The notes below the pieces were generated by a model, which searched no databases, had not been told where the DNA came from, and saw nothing but the letters and a program-made list of their open reading frames with translations. A stretch of 64,000 nucleotides of DNA from Trueperaceae bacterium. GTDB taxonomy: Bacteria; Deinococcota; Deinococci; Deinococcales; Trueperaceae. Positions 1 to 11,000 of the stretch are shown here, piece by piece; the stretch's first letter is position 1, and each line of letters opens with the position of its first letter. The translations under genes and the position numbers were made by a program. The stretch is taken from NCBI GenBank assembly GCA_034521815.1, contig JAXHLW010000013.1, positions 1,344,001 to 1,408,000 on the forward strand, written 5' to 3'.

Positions 1-965
<965 letters not shown>

Positions 966-1106
966 CGTTCCTCCTCGTGGCGGACGGTGCGCAGCAGGCA
1001 CCGGCCATGGGCTCGCACCGCGGTGGCGGCGCGGCGTCCGGGCCGAGCGAAGGGGTCGGGACGGCCGGGACGGGCTCCCCTAGAGTGTCGTACGCTTCTA
1101 GGTGAT

Positions 1107-1859
1107 ATGAGCCGTTCTGAATCACGTTCCAGCCTGGGCGTCCCCCCTGCCGACCCCGCTGCCGACGCCGGCGACGCTTCCGATCCGTCCGTCGTGACCC
1201 GCACCGACGCCGAGGCGCGACGGACGGCCGTCGTGCTCGACGAAGAGCGTGCCCGGCTGCTTCTCGGTGCACGCACCCGCTCCCAGCTCGCACCGTTCCT
1301 GGGCGCCGCCCTCACCGTCGGCGAGGCGGCACGGCGCAGCGGCGAGAAGCCGAACACCGTGCTGCGGCGGGTCCGTCGGTTCGTGGACGCTGGTCTTCTG
1401 GAGGTCGCCGAGATCGTGCCTCGTCGCGGTCGGCCGATGCGGCGCTACCGAGCGGTCGCCGACGTGTTCTTCGTCCCGTTCGAGGCGGGGGCGGCGGGCG
1501 ATCTCGAGGAAGCCCTCGCCGAGCGTGAGGCGTGGGTCGAGCGGCTGCTTCGGCGGGCCGTCGTGCGCGCGCGTCGCGAGGCGCTCGGGACCTGGGGCAC
1601 GCGGATCTACCGCGACGAGCGCGGACGCGTCCAGGTGCAGATGGCGGTCCGTCCCGACGCCGACGTGGCGCCCGCAGGTCCCGAGGGGCCCGCGGTGCTG
1701 TCGGCCTGGCGCGACGGCCTGGAGCTGGACTACCCGGACGCCAAGCAGCTCCAACGCGAGCTGATCGAGCTTCTCCACCGCTATCAGCGCAAGCGTGGCG
1801 CCCAACGCTACGTGGTGCACCTGGGCCTCGCCCCGGTGTCGCCCGAGGACGCGTTCTGA
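1107..1859 (+). CDS. Winged helix-turn-helix (ArsR-like) domain protein, putative transcriptional regulator
   Basis: C-terminal 250 aa of ORF 879..1859. LAPFLGAALTVGEAARRSGEKPNTVLRRVRRFVDAGLLEVAEIVPRRGRPMRRYRAVADVFFVPF is a wHTH pattern. Divergent from acnA. Confidence 0.75.
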   Translation: MSRSESRSSLGVPPADPAADAGDASDPSVVTRTDAEARRTAVVLDEERARLLLGARTRSQLAPFLGAALTVGEAARRSGEKPNTVLRRVRRFVDAGLLEVAEIVPRRGRPMRRYRAVADVFFVPFEAGAAGDLEEALAEREAWVERLLRRAVVRARREALGTWGTRIYRDERGRVQVQMAVRPDADVAPAGPEGPAVLSAWRDGLELDYPDAKQLQRELIELLHRYQRKRGAQRYVVHLGLAPVSPEDAF

Positions 1860-1893
1860 GCAGCGACCGCGCCTGCGGCTCTATGATGCTGGC

Positions 1894-2283
1894 ATGGTCT
1901 GGAACCCGATGGTCTGGAACCGAACGGCCTGGAACCGATCCGCATCGCTGGTCCTGGCGCTCCTCTTGATCGCTGGGGTCGCCTGTGCACCCTCCACGAC
2001 GCGGCCGACGGCCTCCGGCGCCACCGGTGCGCGCCCGCCCGCCGCCTCGGCCACGCTGGGTCCGGTGGAGCGCACCGCCTGGGAAGCGTGGCTGCTCATG
2101 GAGCTCGGCCGGCTGCGGCTGGGCGTGTACGGTACGGAGGCCCTCGTCGACCTGGCGCTGCCCGCCGGCGTGCGCTGGACGGTGGTCGAATACGGTCCCG
2201 ACGACTACGCGCTGGCCGTCACCAGCGACGGCACCGAGTCCGGCCTGCGCGTCGAGCCCGGCGGCGTCAGCGCGCTGCGGTGA
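1894..2283 (+). CDS. Hypothetical lipoprotein
   Basis: ATG at 1894 lies 6 nt after TATGAT. Hydrophobic LVLALLLIAGVAC with a lipobox-like Cys. The N-terminus is three degenerate 15-bp repeats (MVWNP-MVWNR-TAWNR). Confidence 0.6.
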   Translation: MVWNPMVWNRTAWNRSASLVLALLLIAGVACAPSTTRPTASGATGARPPAASATLGPVERTAWEAWLLMELGRLRLGVYGTEALVDLALPAGVRWTVVEYGPDDYALAVTSDGTESGLRVEPGGVSALR

Positions 2284-2445
2284 CGATCTCGTGATCGACG
2301 CGTGCTAGCGTCGTGAACGACCCTCCGGTGACGGACCGGCTGCCGACGCCGCCCCTCCACGCCACGACCCCTCTACGCCACGCTCCCCGGCGCTCGACCG
2401 ACACGCTTCGCACGTCTCGTTCACGTCTCGACGGAAAGGAATCCC

Positions 2446-4899
2446 ATGTCACCACACGTTCGCGTCCACCGTCCCAGCGGTCTCGCGCTGCTCGCTACCG
2501 CGCTGGTCGTTCTGGCGCTGCTACCGAGCGGCCTGGCCCAGAGCGCCGTTCCGCTGGAGCGTCTCGCGCCCGCCGAAACGGTCTTCGCCCTGGGCCTCAC
2601 GCAAGGCGAGCTGCCCACCGACGATCTCGACGAGGCGTTCGCCGACCTGGACCTCGACGGCGCCAGGGCTGCCCTGGACGCGCTCGGGCCCGTGTTCGAA
2701 GAGCTCGGCGACTCCGCGCCGGGACTGCTGCAGGGGGCCGGTCCGGCGGCGATGTTCCTGCCCGGCCTTCTGGACATGGCCGACGACATGGGTGCGCCCG
2801 GCGATCTCGCCGGATCGCTGGGCGAGGCCTGCCCGGCGGCGGCCGACGTCGTCGCCGGTCTGGACGACGGCCACGTGTGGTCGAACGACCTGCTGCTCGC
2901 CGTCGCCGTCGACCGGTTCGCGCCGATTCCCGGCGTGCTGGCCGCGGCGCGCGTCGCCGACGACGCTCGCGATTCCGCCGACGCGCTTCATGACGCGCTT
3001 CTCGACTGCTTCGGCGGCGAGACGCTCGGCAGCGAGGGCGGCGTGGAGATGCACGTGCTGTTCGACGGCGAAGACCTGCCGCTCGTCGTCGCGCGCAGCG
3101 ATGACCTGTTCCTGGCCGGCTCGCGCCCCGATCTGGTCCGCGGCGCGCTCCGCCGCGCCGCCGGGGCCGAGGAGCCGTCGCTGGCCGACCACCCCGCCGC
3201 CTTCACGGGCGAGCCCGTCTCGGGTGCGCGCGTGCTTTACGACGCGGCCGCTCTGGCCGACGTGATCGCCGGTGCGCTCCCGATCCCACCCGACGAGGAG
3301 GCCATCGTCGCGGCCGTCGACCGCGTCGCCGCGATCTTTCGCACCGTGGGCGCGGGCGGCTCGCGCATCGTGCTGGACGACGCGGGCTGGAGCGCCCTAG
3401 CGACGCTCGTTCCCGACGCGGACGGTGGCGACGCCGAGCTGTACGACCTGCTGACCTGTGCCACCTGCACGTCGGGCGAGCCGATGTGGGCGCCCGAAGG
3501 CGCCGTGTCGGCAAGCGGATCGAGCCTGCGACTGACCGCGTGGATGGACTGGCTGGACGGCGTCGTCGGCGACGTCAGCGCGGCGATGGGAGAGCCGACC
3601 ACGGTCCGTGCCGCCCTTCGCGACGAGCTCGGTCTCGACCTCGACGCGCTGCTCCTCTCCTGGCTGGGCGACGAGATCCATACGGTGCGCCTCGATGCGT
3701 TCTCGCCCGACCTCGCCGACCTGCTGTACCAGCCCGCGTCGGCGACGATCGTTCCGGTGACCTCCGCGGCCGAGGCCGAAGCGGGGCTGGACGCGCTGTT
3801 CGAGGCGGTCTCGGCGTTGCCGTCGCTGCCGTCCGACATGGACGACTTCGCCACGCTCGGGACCATGCTCTCGGTCCGCGACGCCGAGATCGCAGGTGTC
3901 GCCGTCCGTCGCGTGCAGATCGGCCCGACGACGGACCTCGCCATCGGCGTCGTCGACGACCACCTGGTGATCGCCACGCCGTCCACCGCGTTCGCGGACG
4001 TCCTCGCGGTCGTCCAGGGCTCGGTCGGCGACGATCGCGACAGCGAAGGCTGGTCGGCGGTCGTGGACGCCTCGCCCGCCGGCCGTATCGGCTGGTCGTA
4101 CGGCAACGGCGGCGCCGATCTCGCCGGGGTGGCGGAGACGCTACGCCTGGTCGCGCAGCCGATCGCCGCGAGCATCTCGATCGGCCTGTCCGCAGCGCTC
4201 GAGGAGGCGCGCAGCGAAGAGGCGACCACCGAGGCCGACTTCGGCTCGTTCGACGACGAGCAGCCGCTCGTCGACCTGAACGGGATCACCGGCTCGGGCG
4301 GTATCGGCGACGCCCTCCCGGTCGACGCGCGGCCACTGGCGCCCAACACTCCGGTCGACGCGGAGCTGGGACCCGACGCCACCCTGGCCGAGTTCGGCGA
4401 AACCGTCGACGTCTGGGGGCCGATGGTGGTTCCTTCCGGCACGGAGGCGTCGATCGTGATGACGTCCGAGCCGCTGGACACCTACCTGTACCTGTACGAC
4501 GCCGAGACCGGCACGATCCTGGCGGAGAACGACGACGCCCCCTGGACCGATCGCTCGGAGATCCGCTTCCTCTCGGACGGCCGCGCACTGCTGGTGGGCG
4601 CCACGATCTGGGGCAGCAGCGGTCAGGGCGAGTACCGGATCGAGCTGATCGTCGACGAGGAGACCGTCGACGCGGAAGAGGACACGGACGGCGCCGAAGG
4701 GGCCGACGACGCCGCCAGCGACGACGCGGTCGAGGAGCCGCTCGCCGAGGTGCCGCCCTTCGAGGACCTGCTGACGCTGGTCGAGATCGGTCCCGAAGCG
4801 CTCGCGATCGTCGCCGACCGGCTCGGGCTGTCGTGGACGGTGACCACCAGCGACGACGGCACGATCCGGACCGAGCATCGTCAGGCGTTCGACTGGTGA
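2446..4899 (+). CDS. Large secreted acidic hypothetical protein (DUF3352-like pattern) with an inserted PPC-like beta domain
   Basis: 817 aa, GGAAAGGA RBS, signal peptide (LALLATALVVLALLPSGLAQ), Asp/Glu rich. DLDALLLSWLGDEI and IGVVDDHLVIATPS resemble DUF3352-type proteins. DTYLYLYDAETGTILAENDDAPWTDRSEIRF...GEYRIEL is PPC-like. Confidence 0.6.
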   Translation: MSPHVRVHRPSGLALLATALVVLALLPSGLAQSAVPLERLAPAETVFALGLTQGELPTDDLDEAFADLDLDGARAALDALGPVFEELGDSAPGLLQGAGPAAMFLPGLLDMADDMGAPGDLAGSLGEACPAAADVVAGLDDGHVWSNDLLLAVAVDRFAPIPGVLAAARVADDARDSADALHDALLDCFGGETLGSEGGVEMHVLFDGEDLPLVVARSDDLFLAGSRPDLVRGALRRAAGAEEPSLADHPAAFTGEPVSGARVLYDAAALADVIAGALPIPPDEEAIVAAVDRVAAIFRTVGAGGSRIVLDDAGWSALATLVPDADGGDAELYDLLTCATCTSGEPMWAPEGAVSASGSSLRLTAWMDWLDGVVGDVSAAMGEPTTVRAALRDELGLDLDALLLSWLGDEIHTVRLDAFSPDLADLLYQPASATIVPVTSAAEAEAGLDALFEAVSALPSLPSDMDDFATLGTMLSVRDAEIAGVAVRRVQIGPTTDLAIGVVDDHLVIATPSTAFADVLAVVQGSVGDDRDSEGWSAVVDASPAGRIGWSYGNGGADLAGVAETLRLVAQPIAASISIGLSAALEEARSEEATTEADFGSFDDEQPLVDLNGITGSGGIGDALPVDARPLAPNTPVDAELGPDATLAEFGETVDVWGPMVVPSGTEASIVMTSEPLDTYLYLYDAETGTILAENDDAPWTDRSEIRFLSDGRALLVGATIWGSSGQGEYRIELIVDEETVDAEEDTDGAEGADDAASDDAVEEPLAEVPPFEDLLTLVEIGPEALAIVADRLGLSWTVTTSDDGTIRTEHRQAFDW

Positions 4900-4976
4900 T
4901 CTTCGCCCGCCGTGATGGGCGCTTCCGCGCCCGTCACGGCCCTCGGGCTTCGCTGCTCGCAGCGACCGCGCGAACG

Positions 4977-5044
4977 GACGCCACGGAAAGACGCCAGGGA
5001 AAGACGCCACGAACCGACGGTGCGAACGACGATACGAACGACGC
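4977..5044. repeat. Degenerate 12-13-bp tandem repeat (GACGCCACGGAAA / GACGCCAGGGAAA / GACGCCACGAACC / GACGGTGCGAAC / GACGATACGAAC)
   Basis: Read directly; no spacers between units. Confidence 0.6.
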
Positions 5045-5071
5045 AGCGGGCGGCCCATTGGGCCGCCCGCT
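5045..5071. terminator. GC-rich hairpin between convergent genes, probable bidirectional terminator
   Basis: AGCGGGCGGCCC-ATT-GGGCCGCCCGCT, perfect 12-bp stem. Confidence 0.65.
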
Positions 5072-5139
5072 ACGTTCGTGTCCTGTATCCGGTGCTCGGC
5101 GCCCGGCATCCGGCACCGGGCGCCTCGACAGCTAGCCGA

Positions 5140-5466
5140 TCAGGCCGGCAGGTGCTTGTCCAGCCGAGCCTGGTACGCGCTCTTCGGCATGGCGCCGACG
5201 ATCGTCTCGACCGGCTGGCCATCCTTGAACAGCATCACGGTCGGGATGGACATGACCCGGAACTTCATCGCGGTCTGAGGGTTGTCGTCGACGTTGAGCT
5301 TGCCGACCTTGACCTTTTCGGCGTAGTCGCGGCTGAGCTCCTCGATGACGGGGCCCACCATGCGGCAGGGACCGCACCAGGGCGCCCAGAAGTCGACGAG
5401 GACGAGGCCTTCCTTGGCGGTATCGACGAAGGTGTCGTCGGTGAGTTCGACCATTGTTTCGCTCAT
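5140..5466 (-). CDS. trxA: Thioredoxin
   Basis: MSETMVELTDDTF...LVDFWAPWCGPCRMVGPVIEEL...VMSIPTVMLFKDGQPV; WCGPC active site; GGGAGG RBS. Confidence 0.96.
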   Translation of the reverse strand: MSETMVELTDDTFVDTAKEGLVLVDFWAPWCGPCRMVGPVIEELSRDYAEKVKVGKLNVDDNPQTAMKFRVMSIPTVMLFKDGQPVETIVGAMPKSAYQARLDKHLPA

Positions 5467-5560
5467 GATTCCTCCCGTGATTGGTGGTTCGTCGGCGAGC
5501 GACGCAGCGCGCCGCGCCTGGACTCGGGTGAGAATACGTCCGCGGGCGCCGCGGACGATG

Positions 5561-6733
5561 TCATACGTCGGACACGCTGCTAGGGACCTGCACGCGCCAA
5601 GCCACGAGCCGGTCGGCGGGATCGCCGCGACCCAGCTTCGGCGGCGTGAGCCCCAGGGCACGGTGGCCGCCCTTGACCGCGGCGCGGACCAGCGCACCCG
5701 GATTCGCATGCCGCCCGTGCCAGCGTGCCGCGGCCGCCACCTCCTCCTGAACGTCGAGCGACGGACTGGAGCCGCGCGAGTCGGTGCCGAACGCCACGCT
5801 CACGCCGTGACGCGCGTAGAGCTCCCACGGGAACCGCCCCGTCCGCAACGAGCGGTTCGAGCGTGGGCAGTGCACGACCGCGCTGCCCGCGCGCTGCACG
5901 GCGCGGACGTCGTCCTCGTCGACGTGCACGGCGTGCACCAGGGTGGGGCGGGCCTCGAGCACGCCGAGCTGCTCCAGGTACCCCACCGGCGAGCGACCCG
6001 ACGGCCGGAAGTCGCCCAGAAGCGGCCCCATCAGCTCCCGCAGCGGACCGTCGCCGAGCCGGTGCAGCCGCGTCTCCGACGGCGACTCGGCCACGTGGAT
6101 CTGCATCGGCAGGTCGTTCGCCGACGCCAGCCGCGCCAGCCTGACCAGCAGCGGAGCGGACACCGTGTGCGGCGCGTGCGGCGACACGCCGACGCGAAGC
6201 CCACCCTGTCGCTCCAGGGCGCGGAAGGCGCGCAGCCGCGCGACGGTGGCGTCGAACACCGCGTCCGCCTGGGCCGGATCGGGCGCGAACACCTCCCAGT
6301 ACGCCACGCCCTGCAGCCCGGGCGTCTCCAGCAGCAGCCGCATGGTCGCCTCGTCCGCGACGATGTCGCCGAAGGTCGTCGTGCCCGCCGCGGCGAGCTC
6401 GGCCAGACCCTGCCGGGCCGCCTCGGCGCCACGTCGCCCGTCTCGTCCGTGACGGATCACCGCCCGGACGAACGCCTCGTAGTCGTCCTCGACGTGCGGC
6501 ATGGTGGTGAGGTCGAGATGCAGGTGGGCGTTGACGGGCGCGGGCGAAAGCGCGAAGCCGGCGTCGGACTCCTCGGCGTCGGGCCAGCGCCTTGCCGCCT
6601 CCTCCGCGTCGCCGAGGAACAGCAGCCGCCGGTCGCCGTCCGCGTCCTGGACCACCGCGGCACCGTTCTGCACCGCCGTGCCGAGCCCGCCGTAGACGAC
6701 CTGGGCCCGCAGACGCGTCCGGGTCAGGCTCAC
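5561..6733 (-). CDS. Amidohydrolase-family metal-dependent deaminase, probable aminodeoxyfutalosine deaminase
   Basis: Metal-binding motifs NAHLHLD, SPHAPHT, IHVAES, LVHAVH, FGTDS. Immediately downstream of and co-oriented with mqnC. The substrate call is inferred from this context. Confidence 0.75.
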   Translation of the reverse strand: MSLTRTRLRAQVVYGGLGTAVQNGAAVVQDADGDRRLLFLGDAEEAARRWPDAEESDAGFALSPAPVNAHLHLDLTTMPHVEDDYEAFVRAVIRHGRDGRRGAEAARQGLAELAAAGTTTFGDIVADEATMRLLLETPGLQGVAYWEVFAPDPAQADAVFDATVARLRAFRALERQGGLRVGVSPHAPHTVSAPLLVRLARLASANDLPMQIHVAESPSETRLHRLGDGPLRELMGPLLGDFRPSGRSPVGYLEQLGVLEARPTLVHAVHVDEDDVRAVQRAGSAVVHCPRSNRSLRTGRFPWELYARHGVSVAFGTDSRGSSPSLDVQEEVAAAARWHGRHANPGALVRAAVKGGHRALGLTPPKLGRGDPADRLVAWRVQVPSSVSDV

Positions 6734-6770
6734 GAGAGCGGCGTCACGGGATCGGCGTCACGCGACCGGC

Positions 6771-7916
6771 CTACGCCGTGGGCTGCGGCTCGTCCACGCC
6801 CTGCGCGAGGGGCGCGAGGACGGCGTCGACGTCGGGGACCGCGATGATCTCGTAGAGGCTGCCCCGCTGCTTGGGGGTGTAGCCCGCCTCGACGATCTGC
6901 CGAACCATCTCGCGCTCGGGCGTGGCCCGGTGCTTGGCGCCCGCCTGCGACACGACGTTCTCCTCCAGCATGGTGCTTCCGAAGTCGTTGCAGCCGAAGT
7001 GCAGCGCCGTCTGCGCGACCTTGTAGCCCATCGTCGGCCAGGACGCTTGATGGTTCACGACGTTGTCCAGCACCAGGCGGGCGGTCGCGACGTTGCGAAG
7101 GTACTCGTGCGCGCCGGCGCCCGGCGCCTTGCCGTGGATGCGGACGCCCTCGGTCTGGAGCGTCCACGAGATGAACGCCGAGAATCCGTTTCCGTAGCGG
7201 GCCAGCGCGCGGTCCTGCTGGTCGCGGATCCGCATCAGGCTCTCGACGCGCTGGGCGTCGCTCTCGCCGAAGCCGATCACCATCGTCGCGGTCGAGTACA
7301 GACCCAGCGACTGGGCCTCGTCCATCACGGCGATCCACTCGCCTGCCGAGATGCGCGCAGGCGAGATGTGCTTGGCGTGCCGGACGTCGTCGACCAGCAT
7401 CTCGCCGCCGCCGCCGGGGAGTCCGTCCAGCCCGGCAGCGGCCAGCTCACGCAGCACCTCGAGGGTGGTCATCCCGGTGTGCTTCGCCATGCCCTTGATC
7501 TCTTCGGGGCTGAACGACTCGACCCGGATCGTCGGGTGGCGCTCCTTGAGGTGCCGCATCAGATCCAGGTACCACGAGAACGGCAGCGTGGGGTGCACGC
7601 CGCCCTGCATCAGGACGCGGCTTCCGCCGACCGCTTCGAGCTCGCGAAGCTTCTCGGAGATCTGCTCGTAGCTCAGCACGTACGCGTCGTCCTGGCGGCG
7701 GGTGCGGTAGAAGCCGCAGAAGGCGCAGCCGATCGTGCAGACGTTCGAATAGTTCACGTTCCGGTCGATCAGGTAGGTGACGGTGTCCGGGTCGGTCCGC
7801 TGGCGCCGAACGGCGTCGGCGGCGCCGGCCAGCGCGAAGAGCGGGGCCCGTTGCAGCTCCACGGCTTGGTCGGCCGTGAGGCGTGCACCGGAGGCGGCGT
7901 GAGCCAGCAGATTCAT
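6771..7916 (-). CDS. mqnC: Cyclic dehypoxanthinyl futalosine synthase (radical SAM)
   Basis: VTYLIDRNVNYSNVCTIGCAFCGFY (CxxxCxxC), VLMQGGVHP, GLPGGGGEML, GCNDFGSTMLEENVVSQAG. ATG at 7916 lies 7 nt after TATCCT. Confidence 0.9.
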   Translation of the reverse strand: MNLLAHAASGARLTADQAVELQRAPLFALAGAADAVRRQRTDPDTVTYLIDRNVNYSNVCTIGCAFCGFYRTRRQDDAYVLSYEQISEKLRELEAVGGSRVLMQGGVHPTLPFSWYLDLMRHLKERHPTIRVESFSPEEIKGMAKHTGMTTLEVLRELAAAGLDGLPGGGGEMLVDDVRHAKHISPARISAGEWIAVMDEAQSLGLYSTATMVIGFGESDAQRVESLMRIRDQQDRALARYGNGFSAFISWTLQTEGVRIHGKAPGAGAHEYLRNVATARLVLDNVVNHQASWPTMGYKVAQTALHFGCNDFGSTMLEENVVSQAGAKHRATPEREMVRQIVEAGYTPKQRGSLYEIIAVPDVDAVLAPLAQGVDEPQPTA

Positions 7917-8094
7917 GCCGGAGAGGATAGCACCGGGCCACCTTCGCTTCCGTGGCCCGGGGGACCGGATCTTCACGAGCGCGACCTGGGGATGTGTACC
8001 CCGCGTGCCGTGGCGACCGGAAGACGCGGAGCGAACGCGTCCATCGCGTCTTCGAGATTGTGTACCCGATTCCTCGCCGCGATAGACTGGGGAG

Positions 8095-11000
8095 GTGCCC
8101 GCGACTCCGCGATCTGGTCCGCGATCCACCGTCAGTCCTTGGCGCGCCGTGTTCGAAACGGTGCGTGACGCCGTCGGTACCCGGCGCGACGACCAGGGCG
8201 TGCTCGGCAGCATCAACTGGCTCCGCCGCCAGATGGAGGCGCGCGGAGCGAACCCGAACGTCGTGCGGAACATCATCTACCGCGACAAGGGGAAGCTGTC
8301 GGACAAACGCGTGCTGTTCGAGATCCTGCGCGAGCTGTGGGCGACCGCCAGCGACCAGCCGCTGAACGCGCCCGAGATCGAGGTGCTGCTCTCGCCGCAC
8401 GCCAGCGCCGAGCAGGAGGTGCTGCAGCTTCTCGGCCGGGAGAAGCGGCGCGCGTTCCGCTCGTTCGTCCGTGCCGTGCGCGACGGCGAGCAGCCCAAGC
8501 TTCTCGTCACCGGCCGTCCCGGCTCGGGCAAGACGATGCTCACCGACTACATCCAGCAAGCGCTCCAGGTTCCGCCCGCCGCTCGGGCACGGGTGGTGCG
8601 CGCCGAGTTCGGGGGCGCGGGGCTCGGCACCACGCTGGCGCGCCTCGGCGAGCGTCTGGGGGTGAGGGGCGACGCGATGGAGGCGCGCCTGGCCAAGATC
8701 GGCACGGGCGGCGCCTACGCCGTCCAGGCGGACGCCCAGGCCGACGTCGCGCGTGCCATCCTCGATGCGCTTCGTGCCGACGACGTCCCGGTCGTGCTTC
8801 TCCTCCACGTCTCGCAGGCGCTTTCGCAGCAGGAGAGCCTGGGCACCGTTCCGCTACGCCTGAACACGCCCGAGGTCCCACGCGTCGGCGCGCCCGAGTG
8901 GCTCTGGTCCACCTTGATCGACCCGCTCTCGACCCTCCCGTCCACCAGCGTCCTCGTCTCGATGACGGATCTTCCTGCCAGGGCGCTTCAGCGTCCCGGC
9001 GGCTTCGGCGTCCCCGTCAAGCTGACGCCGCCCACCGCGGGCGAGGCACGCCGCTTCGTCAAGGCGCGATTGCCGCACCTGCCTGCCGGCCAGCAGGAAG
9101 AGATCGTCCAACGCGCCGGTCGATCGTTCGAGGAGCTCAGGACCCTCACCCTCCTCGCCGAGATCCGTGCGCCGCTTCCCGAGGAGGACGCCTCGGCGGC
9201 TTCCATCGCCCGGCTGAGCGACCTCGTGACCGGCGGCGGCGACGCCCGCCTCCGTGACTTCCTCGCCGCCCTGGCGGTCATCTCGCTGCCCGAGTTCCCC
9301 ACCTTCCGCCTCGCCGACCTCACCGCGCTGCGGCCCGAGGAGCAAGGCGAGCCCAGCGAGCTCGAGCTCGCGTTCGTCGACGTCCTGCCGGGCGACGACG
9401 CTGACGAGGTTCGCTGCTTCTCGCGCCGACTGGTCCGCGCGCTGCGCGAGCGTCTGGCGCACGTCGATCCCGAACGGCACCGCCGGCTCCACGCGGCCGC
9501 CGCGGTGCGGCTTCGGGACGAGGCGGAGCGAGCGCCGGGAACGGAAACCGCCGCCAGGCACGTCCATCACCTCTACGAAGCACGTGACTGGGACGCCCTG
9601 ATCGGCTGGATGCGACAGCACGGCGTGCCGCAGTCGCTGGCTCGGCGCGCCTGGCGCACGGCGCGCGAGGAGCTGGCCCCGACCGATCCGAACGCGTTCG
9701 AGCGCCTCGCCCAGGAAGTCGCCGCGCACTACGTCAAGCTGGGCTCGTACCAGCACGGCGACGCGTTGGACGCCTTCGGCGTGCTGACCGCCTCCGCGGA
9801 CGAGCAGCGCAGGGCCTGGGCGGTCCTCAAGCAGGCGGAAGGCTCGGTGCTGCGCGGCCACTACGAATCCGCGCGCCAGGCGCTGGGGTCGTGGCCCGGC
9901 AGCGACGATCCCCTCATGTCCGCCGAGGCGGCGCTGGTGCGCGCCAGCATCGCCCGCTGGAAGGGCGAGCTCGAGACCGCCGCCCGGATCGTCGAGACCG
10001 AGGCGCGGCCGCGCGTCGCGACCCTCGAGGGCCGCGACGCGGCGCAACGACTGGGGCGCGCGAAGGTCGCGGTCTGGGCCGGCTTGATCCACAAGGATCG
10101 GGGCGATCTGGAAGCGGCGGCCCGCGAGTTCGCCAGCGTCGAGTCCGACGACGACCTGGTGCGGGCGCGCCTGGCGTTCCAGTCCGGCGACGTACGCATG
10201 GCGCTCGGGCGACTCGCGGACGCCTCGGGGAGCTTCGACGACGCCGTGCGCCTCGCGCAGCGAAGCGGCGCGCTCGGAAGCGAACGGACGCGCTACCTGG
10301 CTCGCCGCGCCACGCTGGCACGACGTCTCGGCGATCTTCATGCAGCGGAGGCGGACTTCGTCGCCGCGGACGCCATCCTCGACGCCGAGGCGGGCGACGA
10401 GGTCGAGCGAGGCTTCTGGAGCGCTCGCGTGGACGACGAGCGGGCGCTGCTGCTGCTGGCGCAGGGCCGTCACGACCAGGCGATCTCGCTGCTCGCCTCG
10501 ACCGCCGCACGCTACCGGGCCTACGGCGACGCGCACGGCGTGGACGCCGCCTACCGGGTCGATCGAACGTCGCTGCGACTGGGCGTGGCCTACGCCGCGC
10601 GCGGCCTCGGCGTGGCCTGGGTGCCGCCGTTCCCGCAGCTGGACGACGGCCCTGCCAGGTGCCGAGACCTCCGGCAGGCCCGGACGCTGCTGCACGCGGT
10701 CGTGCAGCGGGTGCCCGACGGAGAGGAGGCGACGCAGGCGGCCGACGCTCTGGCACGCCATGCGCTGCTGGTCACGTCGCTGCTGGAGCCGACGGCGGAC
10801 GCCCTGGCGCTGGTTCACCGGGCCGACCGGTTCTCGCGCTTCCCCTATTTGCGTGCCGAGGCGTCCGCCTACCGGGCCGCGGCCTTGCTTCGCGCCGGCC
10901 TGGCAGGTGCCGCGGGCGAGGCGGTGGACGACGCGTGGGCCGCGCTGCGCGCCGTCGGCGACCGTCGCGGCGATCCGGGGCTCCGCGCGTGGCTGCGTGC

